From Azolla caroliniana (taxonomy: Eukaryota > Plantae > Polypodiophyta), in the NCBI GenBank assembly GCA_043228905.1, contig JBHGNT010000080.1, positions 1 through 64,000 of the forward strand: DNA of 64,000 bases, written 5' to 3'. Shown in pieces: positions 1 to 12,865 of this stretch. The notes below the pieces were generated by a model. It saw nothing but the letters and a program-made list of their open reading frames with translations. It did no database searches and was not told the origin of the DNA. The first letter of the stretch is position 1. The number at the start of each line of letters is the position of its first letter. Position numbers and translations under genes: made by a program.

Positions 1-1199
1 AACTAGTCCACATTGGCTTAGACAAATGATTCTTTGTAATTAGAAGTTGAGATTGAATGGGTTTGCCATGATTAGGTAGCACCTGTAGTACATGTTAGCG
101 CAACCTAAATTGGGGTCACCTCCAAGACTTCTCAACCTCAAATATGAAGGTAGTAAAAGACTAAACATTTGCTTGCTGCCAACACATGCTGGGCATCCAA
201 TTCATCATGATATGGATACCTTACTTTGCTAGCATGAATCACAATGTGCACTGCCTCCATATCTTCCATCTCAATACTTGTCAATAGCGATGGCAGTATG
301 TCCACAGGAGTCCAATTCTCATCCTCACTCCCCAATGATCGGTAAATTATATTCAAGTTTAAAACCTAAACCCTATTGAGCTATAATACTTTGGGAACAA
401 TGGGTATCCAACTACAAATGTGTATTCATCAAAAGTGTGTTTTGTACCTGGGAGATGTGAAAAGTCAAAACTGCTGGAACAAGAAACAAAATGAGTAAAA
501 TAGCCTCAGGAAACTTTTGTGACCTTATTTATTTTCTAAAATTAGAGTGTTTCTCGGAATTTATAGCATCCCAATGGGTTCATATTTGGGTACAGAGAGG
601 AGCCAATTTGTTTTTTGTTTTTTTTCAGCTATTTATTCATTTTTTATTTCATAATTAAGTGCATCTCCCTTTCTATGGCCACAACCTCTCTTTCTCTGTA
701 TATATATCTTTACACTCTGATAGTTAACTGGCATTCTTTTTTTTTCGATTGTTTTTCACAGTTTTTGTCTAGCTTTCTGGTCGCTATTATTTCAGCAACG
801 TCATTGTGTTAGGGTCTTTCTTATGTGGGCATGGGATATTATATGGTTTCAACGGTAGTATAAATTCTTCACTGCAAATAAGAGGTCTTTCTTATATGGT
901 TTCAACAAGAGAACAGAAGTGGTAGATTTTACAATGATGGACTTTGTGGTGACTAGCCAACCTTTGCAACTTTCAGGGGTTTGAAGAACTGTAGAAGTTT
1001 GCAGCTATGTTAGCAGTAGTAGTTTGCTCCTTGGGAGCTCCTAATTAAATATGCTGGGTTCCTAATCCTCTTGACTGATGAATCTGTGCGATCATATTCT
1101 GTGTTATAAAGGTTAATAGAAGTTTCGAGTTAATTGTTATGGATGTGCAGAAATGCTATATGCAAGTACCATGGCTGTAATATCTCAGTCAATGCTAAG

Positions 1200-2100
1200 A
1201 GGAGCCAAGAAAGAAAGAAATATTAACTTCTTTTAAGAGGCCAAAATGGCTGATAAGATTAAACAACAGAAATGAGTCACTACTGGAGAGTATATACAAA
1301 CAATATCTCCGGGTGAACAATCAAAGAAAAAGAACTAGAATGCTTTGTGTCTGAGAATGTGAGAGCATCGGCTTTTCTACATATACCATAACGTAAATGC
1401 TAGAAACAGTCCAAAATTGAATATGTCTATGACAGTAATATTTTTCCGCAAAAGGCAACATATCCAAATTGCCACTTATGTTCATCATCAACAAGATTAT
1501 GGGGAATATGCAGATGAAACTGATCCATAGGATCAATGCTAAAGATAGAAGTGCTTATAAAGTACCAGATTGGGGCCTATAACTCATCAAAGAAACCACT
1601 GGGGAGTTATCTGTCCAGGCGGGAGGAATGGCATTAGAAATGTTCATAATATGCTGTGAAACATCTTGAGCAATATCATATGGCAGGCAATTAACCAGGG
1701 AGCACCCAGAAGTTCACTGTAAGGAAGAAGTTGACAAGATGAGATCCCAATCAGCCTAATCAATGTGTGCATTCTCTTAACCAATGTCTCTAGGAAACTG
1801 TAACTAGGGGATTCCAAATAACAGGCCATTTAATCCTCGCAAAGAAAAATTTATCACTGAATAAGAGAGTGAACTGCACGGTTCGATAGAAAACCCTGAT
1901 GTTATTAATGGCAAAGGTGATACTACCTGCTATCTGGTGTCCATTTTCGAGCAGATGTCTCAAAACATTGACTGCTGACAAAATATTTCTAGTGCATCCA
2001 GTATTCTTCATGGAAAACCATGTCTGCAACCAATATAAGAGCATGGAATCATGAATGTGTGATCGGACGATTCCAAATTCCAAACTCCGTCTTTCTGAGG
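1200..2100 (-). mobile_element. Degraded L1-type LINE 3' fragment in a LeuRS intron
   Basis: Minus-strand remnant LWYM*KSRCSHIL resembles the L1 ORF2 C-terminal LWxxWKxRC motif. Its end (AAGAAAGAAA..TTTAAGAGGCCAAAATGGC, ~1208-1250) recurs at ~6066-6110. Confidence 0.4.
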
Positions 2101-2451
2101 TCTTGTTATCTATTTCCAGTTTTATGATTGCAAATTTTGGGGCCTGTAAATAGGGAGCATATACTTACTTCCTCGAATATATAGCAGGTAGTCAGAAGCA
2201 CACAGACACAGCTTATCTGTTTTCATTTGAATGTTTGTAGTATGCATTAGAGATGGAACTTCACGCAATGCCATTGCCAACCATCACTTCGTGTATGATA
2301 AGAAGTGCACAGAGACAGATTGTTTCTTTTGCTTTAATTGTAAAATGTGTTGATAGAAACAGTAAAACGGGTGTTCCTGTTTATTGCTACGTGAAACTTA
2401 TAGTGCACAATATTTCTGTGTGATTGATGTTGTGGAATGATGTTATGGCAG

Positions 2452-5400
2452 TTATGGCACAGGTGCAATTATGGCCGTTCCTGCACATGATACGCGAGAT
2501 ATGAATTTGCAAAGAAATTTGGCTTACCAGAGCGCCTCGTCGTATCCCCTGAAAATATTACACAGTGGGATGGAAAAGCTGCATACACTGGTCAAGGAAT
2601 AGTAGTTAATTCTTCGTATGGTGATACTGGTATTGATTGGAATGGTTTACCTACTGATCAAGCAGCTCAACGAGTTATAGAATGGCTTGAAAACAGAGGC
2701 TATGGTAAACGTCAGGTAATTTAGCAATATTAAAAGGACAAACGGCACCACATTCTTGACTGGCATAATTGCTAATTCAGATATAATTTTCTCCACTGGA
2801 ATTTCTTTGTTATAAGATAAAGCATTGTGCGTACATGTTTGTTAGGTCAACTACAAGCTTCGAGATTGGTTATTTGCACGTCAACGGTATTGGGGTGAAC
2901 CTTTCCCTATAATTTTCCTGAATGATACAGGTGAAACTAAGGCAATCAATGAGGATGACCTACCCATAATTCTTCCTGAACTAGATGAATTTTCTCCTTC
3001 TGGAACTGGTGATCCACCACTGTCAAAAGCAGTGGATTGGGTAAGGCTAAATAAAATATCATTTGTTGTTAAATTTAGGATTAACAAGATTCTATTATTG
3101 GAGTAATTGCAGGTTTTCATTAGATATTTTGAATGTGCTTGCTATGCTGCTTTTTTAGTTATGCTCAGTCTCGGTTCATTTATATATCATATTGTCCTGA
3201 GGTACAGCCATAACCATAATTCAGGATTTTTTCCTAGAAATGAGGTTTTCCCAACTTGCCCTCTGCTGTGGGAATCTAGTGTTATCCAGAGCAAGGACAC
3301 TACGGTTTATTCTATTGAGGAGGAGATGAGGAATAGACTTGTGTGCATGGTGGGATTGGAGGATGGGTATGAGCATGATGGTGAACAGATCTCTGTTAGT
3401 GAGTGAAAGCCATGCAACAAGTCGGCCTGTTGGTGTTAGGAGCAATGTACAGCCTATTGAATCTTCCCTTCCTCAACTAATGAATGAAACAGTGTTAAGA
3501 TTATACCTGGGCTCAAGCTGCAGAGAGTATGCTTGGCCGAACATATGCTCAATGTGAGAGAAGTCCCTTGATGAGCATACTAGTATTTATGATAAATGAT
3601 TAAATGATATGCAATGCCCAATGTCTAGGCCCTATTGAGGTCTGGAATATCTATCTCTGATAAATCCCATGAATCAAATATGTGAATAATATTATTTTTA
3701 ATTTCGGGCACGGGGGATGAGTTTCTACTAAGTGTGTAAGAACAGTGGCCCTCTGAAGTATACCATAATAAGATGCATGCATCCTTAACAGAAGGTCTCT
3801 TACCTGCTAGGTAATTGGTGCATTTGACTAGTAGGTAAACAAATAGGAACTCACTGTAGGTAAGCAGTTTAGTATCCTCTGATAGTGAAGGAACTCACTG
3901 TAGTAGAGAAGGACTGTAACATGTAAGCCAATTGATTTTGAACAATAAATAGAGGTGATTACTCATTGTTGGGCATATCATGCCTCAAAATCACAAAATA
4001 TTAACAGATACTAATTCGTATATCAAACAATAAATAACATTTTGGATTATGGATTCATGAAGATTCTGTTTTCTACACATTTTCATGAACTAATTTTTAC
4101 AGGTGAAGACAATTGATCCAGAAACAGGGAAGCCTGCAAGGAGGGAAACAAACACTATGCCACAATGGGCAGGCTCATGCTGGTATACACCATCAACTCA
4201 CAATCATCCAATAAAGGTCATATTTTCAGAAAAGAGTGTACATGTGATTGTGGAATGGTATCTAATAGTGGCTATATATTCAGGTATTATCTCAGGTTTA
4301 TGGATCCACATAATGTAAAGTCTTTGGTTGACCCTGAAAAGGAGAGGTAAATTTTATAGTATTGTAGCAGGTCTTAGTAGAAAAAATATACATTAAAATA
4401 GGAAGCTTTACTATATGCATCCAAAACTTTTCAGGTATTGGGGCCCGGTTGATCTGTATGTAGGAGGTGCAGAACATTCTGTTTTACGCTTATTGTATGC
4501 AAGGTTTTGGCACAAGGTATCTAAAGAGATTTTCAATGCATGAATGAATATATAATATTTTTTGTGGATACGTTTTTCTTCATATTGCGCTTCTACCATA
4601 GTGGCAAGCTATGTTTTCAATAACCTATGCACCTAGATTCATATCTTCCTAAGTGCACTAATTTACCAGATGCCACTATAGAATGTAGGGTTCTTGAATA
4701 CATGACCTATTGGTCTCCACCAAACAACCTTATACTTCCTGCCAAGCTTTACATTATATGTTGTGTGATCAAGTTGAGGTTGTTCTTAAATTAGTATTAG
4801 ATGCACATAGATTCAAATTGTACGAACTGCACTAATTTACCAGATGCCACGATAGAATCTAGGGGTTGAACACATGATCTTTTGGTCTCCACCGAACAAC
4901 CTTATAATTCCTGCTGAGCTTTACATTATATGCTGTGTGATCTAGTGAGGGTTGTGCTCAAGTAGTATTCAGTGGAATTGAAAAGCACATTAGATCTATA
5001 ACTTCTATCACCTATTAGCAATGTAAAATCACACTGACAAATGACATTAAAGAATGCAATTTTCATGACAAGTTCCTTACATGCAATCCTTATCAGATTG
5101 TTTGTGATGAAAGATGCAACATAACTTTCTTTGTTCAAAATCTTATGCTTCAGGTTCTTTATGATATTGGAGTTGTATCAACCAAAGAGCCATTTCAATG
5201 CTTGGTGAATCAAGGCATGATTCTTGGAGAAGTATGCGTCTTTTAGATTTTCAAACAATATATCCAAGTCAAACCTTATAAGAACCTTCTTTAAAAAGGT
5301 GTTATTCTGCATCTGTAGGTCGAGTACATAGTCAATAGAGATCATTCAGGAAACTTTGTCTCAGCTGAGTGTGTGGATGGAGGGTATAACTATACTCAGG

Positions 5401-8315
5401 AAAAAGTACCAGAAACCCAGGTAAATTTTGATGCAAAATGTATCAAGAACATTTTTTTATTTTTTTAACTGTATGAGTAATACTTCCCAAATTAGGGATT
5501 AGGTAAAGGTCATCATTACTAGACAAGTACATGACATGGATTGGAGATTAAACATTTTCCCCATTTGAATATAGGTGTTTGTCTTGGTAACATGTTTTTA
5601 AAAATCTCTTCCAAGTATGGACAGTAGTGACAATAGGAGCTTATATAACAAAACAACAGAAAACAGACAAGAAGTGATTGTTATCTTTGAAAGAAAGAAA
5701 ATAATAAAATTATAAATGCGTCTGGTAATGCTGAAGTATGGACAATGGCCTTCTCTAGCTACCTAATGAAGGACAAATAAGACAGATTACACTGAAAGAC
5801 ATAGTCGATGATGACGATGATATATGTACTCTATGACGATCATCATGGCATGTGATGTGTTCTTATTGTTATATGATGTACGAGAACAATATATACTATA
5901 GAGAATTATGCAACTCATAATGGATGGCGTGTGGTGGGTTAGTTGGTTAAACCATTCCCATAGTATGAACTGCGGGATCACTCTAGACATGAGCTGCTGT
6001 GACTGTTTCTCTCAGTCTTCTACTCAATCTGATGGTTAATCTAAATGGTTGGTGTAGTCCTTGCGAAGAAAGAAAGATATATTTTCATCCTTTAAGAGGC
6101 CAACATGGCCAATCAGACCAAATGAGAGATTGAAACTCATCTACAAATGTTGTTTCCTTAGCTAAGCATGTAAGATTCTGAAGTTAGGTAGACCGAAAAT
6201 TCTGCCTTCAATAGATCTCCACCATGGGCCACTCCAAGATGAAAGGGTCTCCAAGGTATGGAAAGCACCTTCAATCCTAGTGCAAAAACGACAACATTGA
6301 TCATTTGTCCATGTCTCCATACATCACGTGTGGAGGAGAGGGATTCTAGGACTATCTTAAAAGGAACTGCCATAGGTGGCACTGATCTTGATTCCCAAGA
6401 TTATATCATGTTAGGTGGGAGTGGGAGTGGATGTTGAGGTGGAGTCCAAATCTCACAGAAGTAGGAGAATGTGGATGCATGTTGATCTGGAAGTTCAGCG
6501 GCCTAGATTATGCGATGAATGTGCAAGGCTCCTGAAATAGTGCTCATCGATACTGTCTCTCTTGTAACATCAATGCTGCATATAATCATGTCTGGCTGTA
6601 CTATTTCAAAGCTCTCAGAAGTGCTTATGAATGTGACACCCACAGGAATTCGTGAAGGTATCCCAAAGCTCACATTAAGTGTTATGTTAGCATCTAAATC
6701 CTAGGATTTCCTTACCTCTAATTAGATTCTAACATAACTATAAAGTTATATGATTAGTTCACATTGAGTAAGTGTTATGTTAGAATGTAAATCCTAGAAT
6801 TTTCTTACCACTAATTAGATGCTTAATGAATTGATTATAGTCTCTCTCTAGCCTCTTGATTTGAATTCTTAGATCAGTGCACTTTTCTCTTTTAATAAGG
6901 TGTGAATCCTTTTTCTATAGAGCTAATAGAAAGGGAAATAAAAATTAGAAGGGAGGAAACATCTTTGTATGAATCCTCTTTCCCAGAATTCATAAATTTC
7001 AGTTGATTTTTACTTTAGGTTTTGAAAGTTGGGGAGAGCTATGTGCTTAAAGACTTTCCAAATATCAGGGTTATTGCAAGGGCTTTCAAAATGAGCAAGA
7101 GCAGGGGTAATGTGATCAATCCAGATGATATAATCAATGATTATGGGGCAGATTCTTTACGGTTGTACGAGATGTTCATGGGTCCATTGAGGTTAATACT
7201 GATCTACTTTAAGTGATTTTGGCATGTCTTTAGAACCCATATTTTTACAACGGAAATTTCTAACAGTAAGTATAGAGTTTGGATTTCGCGAACGTTTTTG
7301 TATTTACAGCGTTTTTGCATGCATTAATGCTCTTTTATTTGAGGTTTTCTTTACGTGAAGTCAGAGTTCTTTGTTATGGGTATTGTTCTCTAGGGATACC
7401 AAAATATGGAATACCAATGGGGTAGAAGGAGTCCATCGCTTCTTAGGTCGGGCATGGAGGCTAGTAGTTGGTTTGCCTGCCACAACAACAGGTTTATATC
7501 GAGAAGGCTGTGTTGTTACTGAAAACAAACCTTCTTCTGAACAGCTCCGAATATTGCATCAGTGCATTCAGAAGGTAACTGTTTTCAGTATTTTCTCATT
7601 CCTTTAATATAGCTAGCTTGCGTAATGCTCTTATTGCTGTGGCCATAAAAAACCCAGGTAACAGACGAACTTGAAGGAATGCGTTTCAATACAGCTATTG
7701 CAGCGATGATGGAATTCACAAATGCAGCAAACAAGGTTCACTTTCAAACTTGGAGTCTGGCTTGTTCGAACTTAATACTTGCTAAATTTTTATTCCTGTT
7801 TTACTCTGTTGTGAGGATTGGATGACCTTTTGTTTAAAGGATTTAATGGTCTTGTAGTGGGAGGATCGGCCTCGACAAGTGTTGGAAAGTTTTATTTTGT
7901 TACTCTCGCCTTTTGCTCCTCATTTGGCTGAGGAATTATGGCAACGACTTGGCCATCATCAAAGCCTTGCATATGAACCATGGCCAAAGGTGTGTAATAT
8001 TGAAATCATTTAGCCAATCTCATCTCATAATCAATTCTGGTTTTTGTGCAATAAATATGCATATATTTTACATCACATTTCCCACCCTGATGCCAGGTGA
8101 TGAAAGAATATCTCACAGAAGAATTTGTTACATTACCAATCCAAATAAATGGGAAGACAAGAGGTACTATTCAAGTTTCAGCTGTTGTTGATGAAGCCAT
8201 TGCACTCGCAGCAGCGTTGGATAATAAGAATGTGAGAAAATACATCGGTGATAAGGACATTGTGAAGAAGATATATGTCCCTGGAAAAATCCTCAACATT
8301 ATGATTTCAAAGTAA
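2452..8315 (+). CDS. leuS: Leucyl-tRNA synthetase, chloroplast/mitochondrial (bacterial-type), 5'-partial; 1-nt frameshift at ~2500
   Basis: GT-AG exons 2452-2715, 2846-3040, 4103-4182, 4284-4346, 4435-4516, 5154-5231, 5319-5420, 7019-7191, 7394-7574, 7658-7735, 7858-7989, 8097-8315. Motifs [87 protein letters not shown]. Earlier exons are not seen in the window. Confidence 0.95.
4654..4969. repeat. Diverged tandem duplication (~175-bp period) in a LeuRS intron, possibly a tRNA-derived SINE head on the minus strand
   Basis: TGCACTAATTTACCAGATGCCAC...TTTACATTATATG.TGTGTGATC occurs at ~4654 and ~4828. The second copy has a B-box-like GTGTTCAACCCC on the minus strand (4862-4873). Confidence 0.75.
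6060..6670 (-). mobile_element. Degraded LINE-like 3' fragment
   Basis: Shares its terminal ~45 bp with the 1200-2100 fragment; only decayed ORF remnants. Confidence 0.3.
6671..6820. repeat. Imperfect ~60-bp direct duplication
   Basis: AAGTGTTATGTTAG.AT.TAAATCCTAG.ATTT.CTTACC.CTAATTAGAT at ~6677 and ~6770. Confidence 0.7.
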
Positions 8316-8795
8316 TAACAATTACCATCCTTTCTCACGATTTTTACCAGAAAATGGAGCATTCTTTTCATTTTTACTAAAATATAAGATGTATATTTCA
8401 ATCAGGAATAGTGTTTGACAAATTTTCTATCAACAAAAAATATTCAGAAATAAAGATAAATTCAATTTTTGATTTGGAGTTATGGATAGTTCCAGATCCT
8501 ATAGAATTTTATAAAAACATTCTAAAAATAATAGAATCAAATCTTATTTTTTCAATTACAAAGAAAGCGGTTACTGAAAAAAGACATAACATCTAAGAAT
8601 TTAAATTTAACCGAGGTAGATCAAGTGGTGAAAGTTATTCTTTTAAAACAATAAGGTAAAGGGTTCATATTCTATTAGGAACATTTGGATGCAAAATGTG
8701 AGCTATAAAGAGCATTGGTCTCTAGTGGAATTGAGGTTCCGTGGAACTTCCACGAAGGGCGTTGTGGAGTTAAGATTCCACAAAGAGTAAAATAG

Positions 8796-8797
8796 GT

Positions 8798-8852
<55 letters not shown>
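8796..8852. repeat. Compound microsatellite (GT)n(GA)n
   Basis: Directly visible. Confidence 0.95.
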
Positions 8853-8854
<2 letters not shown>

Positions 8855-9882
8855 ATGATAAAACCATAGACATAGAGAGTGAGTGAGTTAGATTTAGAGA
8901 AGCTCAAGATTTTTGGTTGTACACCAATTTTGCTACATCAGTTCAATCAGGAGCATTGCAGCAAAGTTGTTTTTCTCCACAAGCTTTAAATCAATCTTTG
9001 TTCGGGTTTGTAACATAAAAGGATGTCGTCTAGGTTTATAACATGGCATGTCATCTTCGAATGCGAATGTTAAATGTTAAATTATCTTTCTCTTTAATTC
9101 CTTATCCTTAAAATTGGGCATAGTTCATGGAATGGATGGATGGATGGATGGATAAAAGAGAAATAGAGAGAAGGAGAAGACGATACCGATTTGAAGAATC
9201 AAAAGATTGGCATTAATAATATGCAAGGGGAGGATATAGATATTATTTCAAAACCATTAGACTCACATATTATTGTAGAAGATGAGGAGATGAAGGACCA
9301 ATATTGAGAAGTAATTCATGTGGTTTCTAACCAAGCATTACATGACATTTTACCTAATAATATATATAAATGGTGAATGTAGAAGTTGATGATATTGTCA
9401 AAGTGGAGATGTCGTGTTGGGATATCTTGAAGGATTTTTTCATGTTTCATCAGCGAGGTATTATTTGCTTCATTATGAGGGGAAAGCCTTTGGTAAGTTA
9501 GGTTACTCAATGGTTAAATGTTATGGTGGGTAGAAATAGTGCAGAAGACTTTTATGAAAGTTCGCATGGGTTCTTTGAGGTCATTTTTAAATCAAATGAC
9601 AAAGTGATAGATTACTGTCCCATTTGCTTATCTTTTACGAAAATAATCTGGTCTATATTGTTCCTTGGACACCACTAGCTAAGTTTCAAGAGTGTTAGAA
9701 ATATGGTTTGAGGTAGAGTGTAAATTCTCATTTTGGTTGCGTATAATTTGGGGTGTAATGGAACAATTGGGAAAGTGTTAACAACATGATCATTCTTGGC
9801 ATTAATTATTAAATAATATTGTAATTTCTAGCATCAAATTAGAGATTTGAACAGTTTAGGGTTTAGGGGTTTAAACCCTTAG

Positions 9883-11260
9883 GATCTTGGATGTTCATCA
9901 AGCTAAACAAAGGTGAACGAAACTACTCAACCACCAAGCGAGAAGGGCTCGGCATGATCTACTTGATTAACAAGTTTAGATACTACTTGTTGGGGAATAA
10001 GGTCACATTTCATGTAGATCATTTGGCCTTGATGTACTTGGTAATTAAAGCAAAACTAACAGGCAAGCTACAGGGTGGATGTTGCTCTTGCAGAAGTTCG
10101 AGTTTACAATAATCCGCACATCGAGAGTCTTGCACGTATCGGTTGACTATCTATCAAGAATCGAAACAGGCAATGCGGCAATAGGAGTACCGGTCGACAT
10201 CCCGGATGGCGACATTCTAACACAAGAAGTAGTCGAAGAAGATCAAAGGACCAGACGGGCGGGGCGGTACAAGGAGATCGAGTACTTCTTGACTCAGGGA
10301 ATTCCACCACCAAGTCTGAAAAGAGATCAAAGGAAGAAATTCACATTGCGTAGTCAAAGATTTAGTATCATCCACGATGCTCTATACAACCAAGGAGCAG
10401 ACGCAGCATGGAGCATGAGAAGCTTGCCATCCTCGAGGAAGCTCACGAAGGAGTGGCGAGCGGGCACTACTCAGGTGAGGTAACCACTCGTAGTAGAGTA
10501 TGGATCGGTGCGTAAGGCTTATGGTGCCCACTTGTATCCAACTACATGCACTTCTACTCAAAACAGTGTGATGTCTGCCAAACTGTTGGGATGGCCGACG
10601 GAGAAATCAAGAATGGCATACAAACTAGTGTTGCCATTGGAACCTTTTCAAAAAAAGTGGGGGTTTGGACTTTGTCGAACCATTCATTCCAGTAGCAACT
10701 CAAACAAACCAACATGTACATTATAATAGCAACATAGTGCTGTACAAAATGGGTCGAAGCAAAGGCACTAAGGTATAATTGTACAAAATCGGTAGCCCGA
10801 TTTTTGTATGAAAATATCATGACTCAATTTGGTTGCCCAATCGAGCTGGTAAGTGATCAGGGTGGTCACTTCATTAACAAGGTCATACCAAAGCTCACAG
10901 CCAAGCATATGCTTGTGCACAAAAAGAGTATTGTATACTATCCTTAGGCGAATGGATTAACAAAATCCGCACATAAGATTCTGCGGTGAATCCTAAGGAA
11001 GACGGTGAATAAACATCAAATCAATTGGGATCTTAATCTACATTCAGCATTGTGGCCATATCAGACTTCCTTCAAAGTACCAATCAATTCGACAACATTT
11101 CGATTGGTCTACGGCTTAGATGTAATTTCACCAATGGAGTTCATCACAAACGCATTACGAAATCAAGTGTAGGAAAGGCTAGACGAGGATGCATCAATCC
11201 ACATTCGAAAATTGAATTGCTAAATTTAGGCAAAGAACGGATTCATAGCGAAGTAGTGCA
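9883..11260 (+). mobile_element. Degraded Ty3/Gypsy RNase H-integrase fragment, same lineage as element A
   Basis: NYSTTKREGLGMIY, FHVDH, WMLLLQKFEF, LPLEPFQK, KWVEAKALR and ELVSDQGGHF parallel 34101-36308, with many frameshifts and stops. Confidence 0.85.
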
Positions 11261-12200
11261 TTGACAAGGTTTACGAAGATAATGATCCCATTTAGTCCAT
11301 TATTATTTGTCATTGCTACACACCCACTGTTGGTTAAGATGCACGAGTTGGCAGCATCTAGGGAAATAGTTGGCTTCGCTCTACCATTTGAGAAACAATT
11401 AGTAGTTCAAGAATTGGTAGATGATCCATTTTTGTTTCTCAAAGGTGTACCTGGTAATATAGCTAAAGTCATGGAGGAGGTGTGGAATGTGTTTCATTGG
11501 CATCAAGATTATTAATATGTGGAAGTCAATGCTTATTAGATGCACTGAGAGTGATTTGGTTGATGTTGGATGGTGTGGCCAAATATTAGATGAAGGAAAT
11601 ATGTATCGGCACTTAGATTTCCCTATTGATGTTGATATTTCACCTTCTCAAAGTTTGAATTGGATATCAGACACGATTTTAGATAAGTATATGTATTGGA
11701 TGTCTCAAGCTTGGTCATTTGGTACTCACCTTAAAGTGGTACAAGCAATAATGGTTCCAATGATTTCTTATTTTTTGCCATTATTGCCATGGACAAAGAA
11801 ATCACTTGATCATTTAGCTTGTTCACTAAATATACATCATAGAACAAAAGGCTCAAATTTTGGTATGAGTTGGGTTTCATGGAGCAATATATATACCCAA
11901 AATGGGGGGAGCAGTAAATTTTGATCATGTGGTAGCTCGAAAATTTAACTTTTAAAAGGTATGTGCATAGACACTCAACCTTGGGTAGAAATAATTAGAA
12001 CTTCTTGTTGGCATGATGTTAATAGTAAGGTGGGTATATACCATACGAAAATGATCTTTGCAACTTTGTGGAGGCATATTGTTAATAGTAATTAGGCATT
12101 TAAATGTTCAGAACCTATTAACCATGAGTGCTTTCTTGGCAATAATGTTTGAAGTTCGTCCATGACTACTTAACATATGGTAATCCTTTGGCAACAAAGT
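11261..12200 (+). mobile_element. Degraded L1 LINE reverse-transcriptase fragment
   Basis: PFSPLLFVIATHPLL...LVDD, YRHLDFPI and WVSWSNI match the plant L1 RT pattern PLSPLLF...ADD...YLGxP...VAW. Confidence 0.7.
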
Positions 12201-12865
12201 TGTCGGCAACCTCAAGGATCTTACGTTAGGATAGGAAAGAAGGCCTCTTGTCACAATCAGAAGTACATTTTACATACCACATGGATATAGGTATAATTGA
12301 CATTGCCGAGTCCAGATTTCTCAATTCTGGAGTTGGTGATTGAGGATGGTGACAAATAGAGATTGAACCACCTACTGAAAATTGTTGTAGGAAATACGGA
12401 ATGTGTGTTAATAATTAGCACGATCTTCTGTGCCTCAGAGGATTCCATTGTAATTCATAGTGCTAGTTTGATACATAGTGATGACATATATCAAAATAAT
12501 ATTGTACTAATTTTTACCCATATTATGAATAGTAGAATTCTCAAAACTAGGAGGTATTTTTAAGTCTAGCACTAATTATTCAACAGATTTTCCTTTTGAT
12601 TGTTTAACCATCTGGCATTGATATCTCATAAAATAACGTGAATATTCATTGGTCCAAATAATTAGACTCGAACATATTCAGCCATCTTCACAATCACATC
12701 ATGTGATTAAAACATTGCATACAAAAATGTTCATTGTCACTCGCCATTCGCATTCTTTTAATAAAGATCATGAGTTACATTTTTCTTAATTGAGAAATGG
12801 CAATGTATGTGCCGAGCCTTTTCACAACAGGGTGAGAATGTAATAAATCAAGCAGTGGATTGGAC

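Noticed and set aside
2364-2423. KTGVPVYCYVK reading upstream of the first LeuRS exon, resembling KTGVFTGCY
   Set aside because: No IPIWVADYV follows, a stop intervenes and there is no matching splice structure; probably chance.
3107-3560. ORFs in a LeuRS intron as a nested gene or Penelope-like fragment
   Set aside because: Only a vague resemblance; no diagnostic motif.
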